Below are positions 13,659-26,986 of a stretch of DNA of 64,000 bases, one piece after another. The stretch comes from Nageia nagi (Eukaryota > Plantae > Pinophyta): positions 8,060,001 to 8,124,000 of the forward strand of contig JBITNC010000001.1 of the NCBI GenBank assembly GCA_050084985.1. Direction: 5' to 3'. The notes beneath the pieces were generated by a model. The model ran no database searches. It had not been told where the DNA came from and worked only from the letters and a program-made list of their open reading frames with translations. Every line of letters begins with the position of its first letter. The stretch's first letter is position 1. Both the position numbers and the translations under genes were made by a program.

Positions 13659-16600
13659 AATTGAGAAGTAGAATCTTACTTGCATTGATTAAAAATAAAA
13701 TATTTACATTCATATATAGGATTTGGACAATCCTAAATATAGAATCAACTAAAAATAGACTCAATTTGGATAATCACAACTTGTTACAATCCAATCCAAA
13801 AAGCTAACTAGAAGTTTTAAAAATATTCTAACATGCTAGATGTCAACTAAGTGAAATAAAGACTCGAAAAAATAATATCTAAGTCTAAACTAGAAGCTAA
13901 AATTGCCATCCCAAACATGCCAAATCAAAATAATAAGATTTTTTTTTTTTAAATGTGATCACTTTTGGGAAATACGATCATATTTGTGACTGATGAAACA
14001 TGGTGGGGACCATGTTTATGGGTAGAGAGCAGAAAACTTAAAGTTCAAGGTCAAATTTTGATCTTTTGTGAAAATCAAGTTTCCAACATTCTCCCCCTTG
14101 ATGCTAAGGGGACTCACTAATAGGCTCCTCAACTTCAAAAATAAATATTTGACAACTCCTTTTGTGAAGATATTTATAATGTTATCCAAGGTATTACAAT
14201 GCCTCAATTTAATGATGTCCTACTCCATCATATACCATATGAAGTCATACTTTATGTCGAAATGCTTGGATTTGTTGTGGTGGATTAGATTGTGTGCCAC
14301 TTGTATGGCACTTTGATTATCACAAAACATAATTATAGGACCACTTTGTTTCTCATTAAGTTCCTCAAGAACTTTCCTCAATAAAAATGCTTGAGCATTA
14401 ATACTTGTGATTACAATATACTTTTCCTTTGTATATGAAATGCAACAATGGTTTTCTTCTTTGAAATCCATGAAATGAGTCCTAAACCAAGGCTAAAAAA
14501 TTGTACAAATGCATGTTTTCTATCATCTAAGTTATTCTCCCAATCGAAGGTACTATATCCATAAATGTTGATATCACTATTCTTGTAGTAGTGTATTCCA
14601 AAATTTGATGTACCTCATAATCCTCTTGGTTGCCTTCATATGATCTTTGACAATATCACTTATGTATCTTGACACAAGTGAGACAACATGGGGAATATTA
14701 TACCTAGTATTGGTGAAAAATATTAAGCTCCCAACAAAGCTTCTATATGTTATCCTTTCAATTTTGGTGTTTCGTTATCTTTACATAATATCCAACTATG
14801 AGCTATAGGATTTGGTATTTGTTTGCATTCATCCATACCATAATTTTTCAACATATCATGTGCATATTTGGATTAAATAATGAATATATCATCATTACCT
14901 TGAGACACTTCCATACCAAGGAAGTGGTGCGTCAGTCCTAGATCCTTCATTTCAAATTCTTGCATCATAGAGATTTTGAAATCATCATTCATTTGTATAC
15001 AAATACCCATGTAGATTGTATCATCCATGTACAAACACACAAGTAATATATATTTACCTTTCTTCATGATGTATAAAGTGGGCTTACTCTTGCTTATTTT
15101 GAAACCATATTGATGTAAGTACCCCATCAATCCTTATATATCAAGCTCTTGGAGCTTGCTTGAGTCCATACAATACCTTCTTTAACTTATACACAATATT
15201 TTCCTTATCTTTTACCTCAAAACCTTGGAGTTGTTCCACATAGACCTCTTCATCCAAATAGCCATTGATAAATGCACTTTTAACATCCATAATTCACTTG
15301 CCAACCTTTGTGTCTAACTAAGGAAAGGACAAATTTATGCATTTGTCCTTTTAATTCAGGAAGACATGATAATTATGTGAGACTGAGTCATTGCTATATA
15401 TTTAAGTGCGAAACTATTTATATCAAGGGATTATTGGTGTTTTGGAGGTGCATGGATGTTCTTTTTGAACTAAATATTGTAAACTAATATAAGAATAGTT
15501 TTATGGGATATTCATGAAGAAGGGGTTTAAATATTATGATGAGTTACCTTCTATGGGAGTCTAGGGGAATTTGACCCACTCTAAGCTTTGCTATTGGGTT
15601 GCTTCACTCTTACTATTTATGTAGTAAGGTTTTTGAAATTTTATAATCATTAAGAATATTTTATTCCTGATGAACACTATAAATTTTATAAAGATTAGTG
15701 GAATCCTTAAAAATCCACTTTTTTATTAATATAATTTACCATTAATAAAAAAAGTATTACCTTGCTACAAGTGAAACTATTTCTTCATAGTCTATATTAT
15801 ACCATTGGGTGAAATCCTTTTCCACAAGCCTTGACTTGTGTCTTTCAATGCTCCCATCAATATTGTATTTGGTATTAGTATTATAAACCCATTTGCACCC
15901 AACATATTTTTTGCTTTTAGGGAGCTTCACTAGCTCCCAAGTATCATTTTTTATTGATGGAAGTAATTTCTTCTTCCATTTCCTTCAACCATAAATCATT
16001 AGTGCAAGCTTGATCATAGTCATATGGTTCAATTTCTACACTAGTTAATAATGCATAGTTAACTACATCACCTTAGGGCTCATGATCATTCTCATCACCA
16101 TACATTTTCAAATTTTCAAACCTCTTTATAACTTGTGCGAATTCACTTGCTTGGATCCTAGTAAATCTCCTTTAGAAATTTTGATCCAAAATTTGATTGT
16201 ATGGATGGGCTTGAAGTGTTCTTTTACCTTTCTTTACTTCTTCTATCATTGGAGGCCTTAGAGTGGAAGGATTTTCTTTGCTAGTTTGATTAGTATGTTT
16301 TACTTTAAAGGATTTATCATCATTGGATCCATCACCAACATAGAGTTTTTAATGACCCCAAGCGCCCTCTTCATCAAAAATTGCATCTCTAGATAATACA
16401 ACCTTATGTATTTTTGGATTATACAATCTATATACTTTGTTTTGCTTACAATAACCAATAAAAATACATGCTTGACTCTTAGGATCTAATTTTCTCCTAT
16501 TTCCATCAAAAATGTGAGCATAATCAAGACAACCAAAAACTTTGAATTGCTTTACATTAGGATTTTTATCATACCATGCCTCATAAGGTGTGATGCCTTC

Positions 16601-19141
16601 CAATATTAAAGTTGGATTCTTATTCAATATGTATACTATTATCCTCAGTACATCAGCCCATTTCATATTAGGTAACTATTTGCTTTGTATAATGATCCTT
16701 GCCATCTCTACTATGGTTCAATTCTTCCTCTCTGCCACACCATTTTATTGTGGAGTATAGGCAATTGCAAGTTAACCTATTTATTCCACAATATTTACAA
16801 TATTGGAGGAATTCATTGGATAAAAACTCCCCTCCTCTATTATTCCTTAAAAATTTAATGACACATGCACTTTTATTTTTTGCATGGGCTTGAAACTACT
16901 TAAAATATTCAAAAGCCTTATCTTTGGATGTTAGAGAATGGATCCAATATATCTTGGTGCAATCATATATGAAAGTGAGAAAGTAGGAATTCTTACCCAA
17001 GTTTTGTGTTTGCATGGATCCATAAATATTGGAGTGCACCAATTGGAAGGGATAGGAAGCTCTCCAAGCTTGGCCTCTTGGAAACTTCATTCATGAGTGC
17101 TTTGCCAAAGCACATCCATCACATAGTATTTTCTTCTTCAATATTAGGCAACCCATTAACCATGTATTGCGATGTTAACAATCTCAAACTTTTGTAACTT
17201 AAATGACCATATCTCATATGCCCTTGCCAATACTTGTTCTCAGCTGTTACATTTGTTAGTTGGGCACAAGTTCCTCCAAATTTGAGTGGGAACAGTCTAT
17301 TCTTGGTCATTGGGACTATTGTGACCAACCTATGACCATTATTCTTATGATAAATTACACATTTTCCATCTTCAAATATAATTTTATAGTTCATTTCCAT
17401 TATTTATCCCATAATTAGCGAATTGTGTTTAAGATTATGAGTGTAGTAAATGTTATTTACCTTATTAGTACCTTCTTTGTGTTGGCTTCCATGGTTACCA
17501 TGCCTTCAATAGTCAATGCACTATCATATCCAAGCTTTATATTGGATTTTAAAGAGTTTTCCATTGAAGAAAATAACTTCTCTTTACTAGTCATGTGATT
17601 AGAGGAATCAGTATCTAGAATCCAAATTTCATTGAGATCTTGATTAGTATTTTCATAAGATAAAAATAAATTAGAGGATCCATATTTCTATCCATGATGG
17701 GTTGTACTTTCACCTTATTTAGTAGTCTTTGTTCTATAGTCCCTCTCATAGTACCCAAATTTGTTGCAATAGTAACATTGTTTATTTTGCTTGTCTTCCC
17801 CACCATTTGAGCCACCTCTACCTCTTCCTCTTAAGAAAATCATCTCCTTACTCTTCCTTTTTTCTCTTTAAGATGATGGGCCTATCCCTCGGCCCTTTCT
17901 TTATGTGTTGGTAGATTCAACCTCTTTTGTTGCAAAATTCATTTCTTCTTCAATTCCAACATGTGATGGTGTGGAGTCTCTGAGTTTCTCTTCATTGGAC
18001 ATCAAGGATCCTATGAGATAATCATAAGTAAGAGTTAAAAGATATTTTAACTCTTCAATTATGATTTTCGTATGGTTCCACTTGGGAAGAAGTGTTATCA
18101 ACACTTTCTTCATTATAATCTCATACAAAATCTCCTCTCTAAGGGTTTTTATCTTGTCCACACATGCTTTAACTCTTACAAAATAATTTCCCATCATCTC
18201 ATCACCTTGCATCTTGAGATTCTCAAAATCTCTCTTGAGGGTCTGCAACCTCACTTGCTTCACTTGGGTGCTACCTATATAGCCATATTTGAGTGCTTTA
18301 CATTCATATTGATCTGAAGTACATGAAGCAATTCTAAGAAAGATACTCTTATTCAATGACTCTTGCAAACAATCGAGTGTAAAGGAGTTCTTCTTCAAAG
18401 CTTCCTTCTTAGTAGTATTATCATTGGACTGGAGATTGTTCTGGTCTATTGGATAATTGTATCTTTCTTTAAAAATATCCTATATTTCCTTGCTTATGAG
18501 TAGTATCTTGATTTTGATAGACCAATACTCATAGTCTTCTCCACGGAACTATGTGATGGGTAGAGTTTTGTTGTTTGTAATCATTTTGTAATGCTTAACA
18601 CAACAAAAAACTTGGGCCTCACTTAAACTTTATAAGATTTTCTCTAAATTCTTGAAAATACCCATAAGCTCTTCTCTAACCTACTAAAATGTACAACCTT
18701 GCTCTGGTACCACAACGAGAAGTATAATCTTACTTTCATTGATTAAAAATGAAATATTTACATTCATATATAGGATTTGGAAAATATTAAATATAGACTC
18801 AACTAAAAATAGACTCAAGTTGGATAATCACAACTTGTTACAATCCATTCCAAAATATAAAAACAAGTTCTTAAAATATCCTAATATGTTATATATCAAC
18901 TAGGTAAAACAAACACTCAAAATAACAACATCTAAATCTAAATCAGGAGCTAAAAACATCATCTTGAACATGCTAAATTTAGAACTACAGACATTGTTTT
19001 AAAATGCAATCATGTTTGGGAAATATGATCATATTTTTTACTAATGAAACATAGTGGGGATCATGTTTGTGAGCAAAGAGCATAAAACTCAAAGTTCAAG
19101 GTTAGATTTTGACCTTTTTCGTGAAAACTAAGTTTCCAACA
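13659..19141 (-). mobile_element. Ty1/copia LTR retrotransposon (copia A), decayed
   Basis: LTRs about 13659-14088 and 18713-19141; PBS gctctggtacca 18701-18712 (tRNA-iMet type); PPT 14089-14099; gag (QVRLQTLKRDFENLKM), integrase (TPYEAWY..FKVFGC), RT (FEMKDLG..HFLGMEV), RNase H (CDNQSAI..SKHFDIKY). No convincing TSD. Confidence 0.93.
15341..15753 (+). mobile_element. ~410-bp insertion in the copia A RT, probably the 3' tail of a 5'-truncated LINE
   Basis: Interrupts the RT motif between DYEEIVSLVAR and KFVLSLV. Ends ..tttttattaatataatttaccattaataaaaaaa, like the tail of the truncated LINE at 23024-23063 read in reverse. Confidence 0.55.
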
Positions 19142-22100
19142 TGAATTTCATCTAATAAGATAATAATCATTCAACATCATCACTCAAGTAAAAACCATGG
19201 AGGAAGCTTACAAGAAGGAAGACATTAAGATATTGATGGGTTACAATTGATGGTGGATTTATAATGGCTCTCTAATGATACATCTATGAGGATAAAAATA
19301 TTATAATAAGAGAATAAGAGAAATTAATGCACAAAGGGTAGACCAAGAAAGTAAGAGCTATGAGATTTTGAAAAATACATCCTTTTAGAAGTGAGAACAT
19401 TATTTATTTTGTAGATAATAATATGGATTCTTGCAGAGAGAAAGAAGTCACCAAATTCATTGTAGTGGACTTACTAGTGGTGTGCTTAAAGATCTAAAGT
19501 GATAGTGGTGGGGATTATGGAGATATGACGATTGATTATGCGTAGAGTTTGCATGAGAGTATAGCCAAAATAAATTAAATTGATATCAAGGATTGTATGT
19601 AAGTAGATTAAAGTTGCAATAAATTTTGGTATATTTGATATTAATTTTTGGTAATTTTATGTTCATGATGTTATTTTTTATGACTGCTTATTATTTACAT
19701 TTGATGTTGATGGTCAATGTTAACATGTGCATAGTGTGTAATGTTAGTGGTTGAATTTGATGTTAAATCAAGGTGTATATTTTTAACATATACACTTGTA
19801 ATCAAATCCATGGTAATGATTAATTTATTTTCATATTTAAAAATAAATTTAACTTTAAAAATTCCAAATAAGTGAATTGGACATCAACTAAGGATTTATA
19901 CTTTGTTTATCTTTTTTTTTTTTTTTATTAAGTGATAACTAATTAAGAATCTTTAAATATAATAAATTTTAATACTTGATATGATAATAATATTTAACCC
20001 TCACACTTAATACTTACACTCTGTGATGTTGCTAGTATAATTAATAAAGAGTTTGAATGAAAGGGGAATGGGTATACAATTAGGAATAGCTATTATTATC
20101 CTTTCATTGGGTTCTAAAGGCTAGGAGGATTTGTAAGAAATTAGTGCTTACCAAGTAAATTCATGGGTTCTAATATTGGGGGCTTGCCAACACATATGGA
20201 GTAGTATGATTTTTTTTTTAGGTAAAAAAAACTTTAAATTAAATTGAAAATAATGCTACATAGGTAGTATACAAAATTGCTTTATGCCTTTGCATTCTAG
20301 TATGACATGGCAACATAAAAAAACTATCATCACCAATCTATGTATCATTTAACTATTATTTATTGCAGTGTAAATGATCACAAATATGCTTTCCATGGTA
20401 TAATACTTGAGTTCTACTTATATAGAAAGGTATACCTTGTTAGTGAGTGCTCTCTATCGACTCTATTGGAGCTTATTTATAAAAAGATAACCATAATAGA
20501 AAGTATATACTATATAGGGAGTAGTTTGATTGGATATCATTAAGTGTTGAGTATTGGAGTCAATCAAAATCATATTATATTACCTTGATAAATAGAAACA
20601 TGCAAGGCTAAACATAGTGCACATTAATAGATTTACCTAGCACGCTAATAATAGCTACACGAGTTACACTCCAAAAAAAACCTAACACTATAAAAAATAT
20701 CATATCTAATAGTTACCTAAAACCTTGTCATAATATCTTTAATACTCTTCTTCACGATAATTCTCTATATTTTGTCTTTATAGTGATATCATGCTCACTG
20801 ACCAAATAACTTCATACGTTAGTGGCAATGGGATCATTTATATCATCATAATCTTTATTAGTAATGGTCTCATTTATCTTCTATCCTCCATTCTTCGTAT
20901 GGTAATGATTGGTCATTTACCAAATGACCTAATACAAGAATAAACACATATACCCATGATTAAATATATAGATAGGGATAAATACATCTATTTACAACTG
21001 TATTAAATAATGGTTGGGGATGAACACATCCAACTAATAGAGATGATAGGGGAAAAACATTTCCAACCATCTCTATAGGATTTTGGCATCTTGTAATAAA
21101 AACTTCACCACTCAAGCTTTTGACAGTTTGCAATCCATGTATGAAAGGGGACAAGCACATCCATTCGCACTTATTAATATTCTTTGAATTTTAGAATATG
21201 TATTTCTTCTCGTTATCCTTGCATGGAATATTTGTAATATGTTCTCTAAATATGCATTCTTCATTGTCATTAGAAACCATAACTCGATTTATCTTTAACT
21301 TATCATTAAGTATATCTTTTGGTCATTAGTAGTGGCAACACTGCATACTCACATGGGTGAGTATTTTAACCCGTATACATAAGGAATAACACTCAAATAT
21401 ATTTTTAGTCAATATCTTTAAATTAATGCTACTAATAATAGGAAAAATACATGAGATTGCTAAAACATAATGGATTATCTTGATTACAACATATATCACC
21501 ATATTTTATGCTAGGAAGAATATACTATGAATAAGTTTTTATCTGCATGGATGTACACCAACACAAATGTCCAATTGGATTACAATTCCCACATTCCATA
21601 CTACGCTCCATATATTGTAACAAATGTAGTAAGAAAGAACAATTAAGATGTATCTCAACAAATCATATCAGAACACATATCCTCTTAGTAATAACTCTTC
21701 ATGCATGCAGGCATAATATATGTATTTTTACATGCAATAAATAAACTCAATGTAGGTCACAAAAATATATGCAGCACTACTCCACACAAGTCACATATTT
21801 TTATACTCATGTCTTCAATGAGTAGGCATGACAAGTAGGTCATTCAACATAAAATGCTTCTTCATGTTTGTAACACACATTTAAGTAATGTCTCCAACAA
21901 GTACAAAAAGGTATGCATATCATTTTGAAACAAATGCATTTCCTTCTTTTGGTACACAACATGCTTTAACAATTTCAACACACTCTCCATGTCTTACATC
22001 ATGTTTTATTACTCCATGTCTACGTGTTTCAACTCATGGTTGGCTTCATACATCATATTCTTATCAACACCATGTTGTTTTATTATCATAACACATCATA

Positions 22101-23023
22101 TCTTAGGTCTTGCATAATAATATGTCGTATCTCAAATGTTGTAGAATAAAATATCACTTTATTTGGCAAATGTAAATGCAGGTCGCCAAATCAAATTAGT
22201 ATTCTTCTCATGGTTGAACGACTTTACATGCATGATTTAAACACACTTATATTCACAATTCTCTTTTAAAATGGTAAACATTGCATGCTCTTCTTCTGAA
22301 TACCATACCTTCGAATGTCTTTTTATGTCTGTAACAACTTAAATGGATACTCATATGTAAAGCATAAATAGATCATGTATTAAGAGTAAGCAATTGTATT
22401 TTAGGTCTCATATTCCATGGAAGCATTGGATTTTATACTAGCAAACAACTTAGGATTCGTAAGCATGTAGGTTTCAAAAGTTCTTAATGACTAAGAAAAA
22501 TTCCATTCAAACTACTTTGATACCATAGTGGAGTTTATCAAAATCACATTATATTTCCTCAATAAATAAACATAATGCATACTAATAATTTCACCTAACA
22601 CATTGGTTACAAAAAAAAAAACTAATACTCTAAAAAGACCTTATCTAATAATTACCAAAAACTAATTATATTATCTATAAAATTGATCAATTGTTCAAAG
22701 GTGGTACCAAACCTTCGCATTAGTGGTATAATTTGTGTCGAGCAACTACAAAGAGAGATTATGTTAGCTCCGCCATATAACAATGAAGAAATGCAACGTT
22801 GTTACGTAATAAGTAACTTTCATCCATTATTTTAAGCTTTTAAATATTGGACAATATATTGCATCTCTTTTGAAATGATTGACTACTTATTTTGATTTTT
22901 TTGATGAAAGGATACAAAAGAAGGTAGTTGCGAAGAGCTTTTTGTAATCTTTTGAGAGACCAAGGGAATGAAATGTTCATATCAATTAAAGTACTTATTA
23001 TTTCTCAACCCATTGTTGAAGCC

Positions 23024-24942
23024 TTTTTTTATTAATAGGGTTAATTTTGTATTAATAAAAAAATTGAATTTTTGCAGGATCTCCAAAAACTTTTACAATT
23101 AAGATTGTTCTTCATATTTTAGTATAGGTCTTCATCAAAATATAGTAGGATTTATATATATTTTCCTTTCATTTTTCTACGTATAACTTCAACAAAATCG
23201 TAGGAGAATGAAGCATTCTATTATCACCTAAAACAAAAGCATATTAAAACATTTACTGATTACAAAATAATTTATATAAAAGTCGTAGTAGTAGCAATGG
23301 TTTTTGCTTCCAAAATTCATTACTACATATTGAGGCATAGTTTAGGGGACCTTCTCTCCTTTTCCTAGGTCCTATCTTAACTACATATAAGGCATATTGT
23401 CCTTCTTTGGAAACTTGAAGTTTTGTTTCATATAGTCCCCTTCGAAGAATTTGACATCAAGATATTTATTGGGTGAGGAGGTGAAGTTTGTATTGTTTAC
23501 CTACTACTCAAAGATCCAACTTGCCTATCCCTTCATGTGGCTTCAACAAGCATTTTATTGTGAAGTTTGATATCTTTATGCATTAGTAAATGAATAGCTT
23601 TGGGTCATTTATGCCTTTAATGTGGACTTCCATCACCTTCATTCTATTCTTCTCAGTTGCTTTCTCTTTGTTGTCATTCCCTTTCTCTGCTTCTTTCTCC
23701 TTTTGTTATTTTACTTATTGTACTATGCTTTTGCTTCATGTGTTGCATTTTTCCAATCTATAGCCATCTTAGTGTTATTGTTTCTCCAAGTCAATGGTTA
23801 CTATTGGCGAGGTGTCAACCTTGCTTTTCTTCTCCTCCAATTGCTTTTCATCTCTTACAATTTTCCTTTTTGCCTTTATTGATATCTTTTATTGTTGTTA
23901 TTTGGTATTTGTTTCATTATGCTCCTATAGTGCGTGTTATTAAGATGAATCAACCTTCGTGGTGTGTGTTATTTTTTTCTTCTTTCCCCATTTTACCTCT
24001 TGTTCAACTAGTTCCAGCTCCTTTAACTCTTTAGCTATTTCTTTTCCTTTTACTTAACCTTTGTTTTGTTGCTCACCCTTTCGATCTCATCCTTTTGTTA
24101 CTTTGTCTTAATTTTTCCTCCTTTTTTTTCTTTTTTTGTTAACACTTACATTATAGGAATGTCTTCCTCCTCCTGTTGAATCTACACCCTAAGATTGCCT
24201 CTTGGTTGTCTTGCTAGTGCTATGTCATATACCAACATAATAACAAATTGATGCAGGGGCATGTCAATTTCATCATGTTCGAATTACTTCATCGATATTT
24301 CCATGGAGTACAAGATAAAAGTGGGGAAATTCACCCTCTTTGCATTAGGATGCCTAAAATATCTAGTAGAACAAAATGAGAGGCTAAGAGTACTTTATGC
24401 CTACCTTCTAAACTGCCCGCTCGTAATTGCTCGAGCTACACCATCCCAAGGTATTGGAAGATTGGTTCGTTGGTATCACATCCTGTATTTTACATAGTCC
24501 TATCTTGGTATTTAAATTTGACGATTTCCTCCAACTTATTTAATTTTCCTTCTTTCTTTATCTCTTTTTCTTCATTTGCCATATGAATTACTTCAACGAG
24601 AGTCTCCTCACTATATTCAAATTATAATTCATTACCTTACAAATTGCTCCACACCATGATTCACCAACCATTGCTAACAATTATGGATCATGACCTTTGC
24701 ATGCCTCCATGCATGAATCCTTGCATTCATCCCTCACATAGCACCTCCCATACATGTTGATCCTTCTTCACAATGTTTGTTGATTTGGGCTCCATTCGAA
24801 CAAGGTCTCCTCCCATTTTCAACCCTTCTTCCTCTAACAAACTTCTTCCTATTTCACTTATGTGCTGAGTTGCTTGTAATGCGACACTCTCTCCCTTATT
24901 TACATATTGATGTCCTTGGGTGGTTTTGTATATTTATCATAT
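23024..24942 (-). mobile_element. 5'-truncated LINE insertion consisting of ORF3 plus 3' UTR
   Basis: Starts with T7 and an attaata-rich tail; imperfect TSD attgttgaagc (23012-23022) / attttgaagc (24943-24952); absent from the paralogous site near 56385; encodes a homolog of the ORF at 42594-43526. Confidence 0.8.
23340..24816 (-). pseudogene. Decayed LINE accessory ORF3 (conserved N-terminal domain plus E/K-rich tail)
   Basis: ATG at 24816: MGGDLVRMEPKSTNIVKKDQHVWEVLCEG..EACKGHDP*LLAMVGESWCG..FEYSEETLVEV..RTNLPIPWDGVARAI..SLEGRHKVLLASHFVLLD..FRHPNAKRVNFPTFILYSMEISMK*FEHDEIDMPLHQFVIMLVYD, with several frameshifts; 3' end approximate. Confidence 0.75.
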
Positions 24943-25339
24943 ATTTTGAAGCTTTTTTATTATATTGTGATTAAATAGAATTCAATAAATAATAAATAAT
25001 CATAAAGACATAAGACATACATATAACCAAATAAAGTATATGATAAATGTAAAATACTTACACTCATGATAAAATTCTTCAACAATATAACAATAAAATA
25101 CTAAAAATTGCACAATGAAAAAACTAGATCATAAATAAAAATAAAATTATAATAATTAATTAATTAAATTTTTTATGATTTAAAACAAATTCAAAGTATT
25201 AAAATTTTCATCGAAAACGTAGAAAAGACTTGTCATTAACTTTTAATCGTATAATCAACTTATATAAAATATAAGGTCAATTTGATTTTTCTATAATAAT
25301 AAATCTAACACTCCACTGAAAAGCTACAAACAAATCACC

Positions 25340-25490
25340 AAAGCCTACATGTCCCTCGTCCGTAGGCGACATTTGACCCGCTCATCAAGCCGCCAATCGA
25401 CGGCTCACATTCAGTTTCTCATCGATCCGTGCCGAAGGCGATTAGCCAATAGCCAAACACCCTCTCCGTTACTATATATACCACAAACCC
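25340..25490 (+). promoter_or_regulatory. Histone H2B proximal promoter
   Basis: CCAAT at 25393 and 25446; GATCCGTG at 25424-25431 (one mismatch to the reverse plant histone octamer GATCCGCG); TATATATA 25473-25480; CpG-rich and conserved with 56790-56930. Confidence 0.7.
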
Positions 25491-25589
25491 TTCCTACAAT
25501 CCTCACAATTCACAGGCTTCAGCTAATTTCGTTCCTTAAGTCTTTGCTCTGTGTTTGAATTCCTTAGTTTTCAGGTTTCGATCGTAGCC

Positions 25590-26015
25590 ATGGCGCCCAA
25601 GGCAGAGAAGAAGCCCGCGGAGAAGAAACCAGTGGCGGAGAAATCTCCGGCTGCGGAAAAGAAAGCTCCTGCAAAGGCCGAGAAGAAATTGCCCAAAGAA
25701 GCAGGCGACAAGAAGGGGAAGAAGAAGCATAAGAAGAGCGTGGAGACCTACAAAATCTACATCTTTAAAGTGTTGAAGCAGGTTCACCCCGATATCGGCA
25801 TCTCTTCTAAAGCCATGGGGATCATGAACTCTTTCATCAACGATATTTTCGAGAAGTTGGCCAACGAGGCTTCCAGACTTGCGAGGTATAATAAGAAGCC
25901 CACGATTACTTCGCGGGAGATCCAAACCTCCGTTAGGCTGGTTCTGCCTGGGGAGCTCGCTAAGCATGCCGTCTCGGAAGGTACGAAGGCGGTTACCAAA
26001 TTTACCAGCGGCTGA
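25590..26015 (+). CDS. H2B: Histone H2B (141 aa), intronless
   Basis: [79 protein letters not shown]; ATG in gccATGg context; intact frame. Confidence 0.98.
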   Translation: MAPKAEKKPAEKKPVAEKSPAAEKKAPAKAEKKLPKEAGDKKGKKKHKKSVETYKIYIFKVLKQVHPDIGISSKAMGIMNSFINDIFEKLANEASRLARYNKKPTITSREIQTSVRLVLPGELAKHAVSEGTKAVTKFTSG

Positions 26016-26986
26016 ATTTTTGAGTTTTGAAGATCATAATTAAACGGTGTCTTTGGACACCACATCTGCTATGGGATGGATTTGTTAATTCCTGCTATAG
26101 TATGGTTGATTTAAGGGGGTGAAGGTTTTTTAATGTTCTGGGGGTAGATTAGGTTGTGGCACTGAATATTATTCACTGAGCGTCGTTATGTTCTGATGTA
26201 TTCTTGGCCTAAATGTACTGATATTTAGTTATTATTGGTTAAAGCTTAGAAAGTATTCACCAGGTATTTGAGTAATGGTATTATAAATTCTCAATTTGAA
26301 ATGCATTATTAAAAATTTCGGGATAATGATGCCAATGAAGGTGAACTGTCAAAAAAGTTGAAGATATGGTAGAATAAGGTTTAGGATTTTTGTTTTTTTG
26401 TTTTTGGAAGAGATAAAAAAAAACCCACTTGAAATAATAAAAAAAATAGGAATGGCAAATGGCAATTTTTCTTTTTACAAAAAAGCAAAGAAGGTTGTGT
26501 TTTTTTTTTTTAAATAAATTGAAAGTTTAATGCCAGCTATTAAAGTTTGTATGGTTAGAGAAGTTCGTATGCTTTATCATACGATGTTAATTGAAAAACA
26601 ACTAATGAAGTTGAGTATTTGATATGAATAAGTAGTATTCAAAGTTGTTTTCTTAGCAATATTTATTTCAATTTAATTAGAATATTTATTTCAATTTAAG
26701 ACAAATCAAATTTCGTTTAAACATGTATAAACTGTTTGATCTTCAAAATCATCAAGAGTTTGATAGTTATATGATTTTTGAAACGTTGAATGGGCATCAT
26801 TAATCTACCACTGATTTTATATTTTAAAAATTTATATGTTCATTCCAATAGTAATTTTTTTTGTGTTTTAAGTGATTAGTGAAATAAATTTTAATGCACG
26901 TTATAAAAAAAATCTATAGTGCATAAAATGATAAACAATTTGAAACGAGCATTTAAATTTGTTTAAAGTAATAATTATAAATTTTT

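Larger units (their letters stand above)
21330..25922 (+). repeat. Segmental duplication, copy 1 (H2B upstream region plus 5' part of the gene)
   Basis: Colinear with 46001-57373 once copy-specific insertions are removed: 21349~51894, 21690~52232/54924, 22755-23023~56140-56395, 24965-25922~56420-57373. Confidence 0.9.

Noticed and set aside
19142-19650. Possible hAT transposase C-terminal remnant
   Set aside because: Only a vague acidic composition; no diagnostic motif or TIR could be read.
23622-24034. Hydrophobic membrane-protein-like ORFs on the + strand
   Set aside because: They are the antisense of the E/K-rich tail of LINE ORF3.
25510-25575. Possible 5' UTR intron ending ttttcag
   Set aside because: An acceptor-like site exists but I found no convincing donor conserved in both copies.
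25551-25589. 13-aa N-terminal extension of H2B in the ORF track
   Set aside because: It starts at GTG; the canonical MAPKAEKK start with good context is at 25590 (57041 in copy 2).
25536-26065. Antisense ORFs overlapping H2B (also 56987-57238 and 57390-57629)
   Set aside because: Shadow frames produced by histone codon usage; lengths are not conserved between the paralogs.
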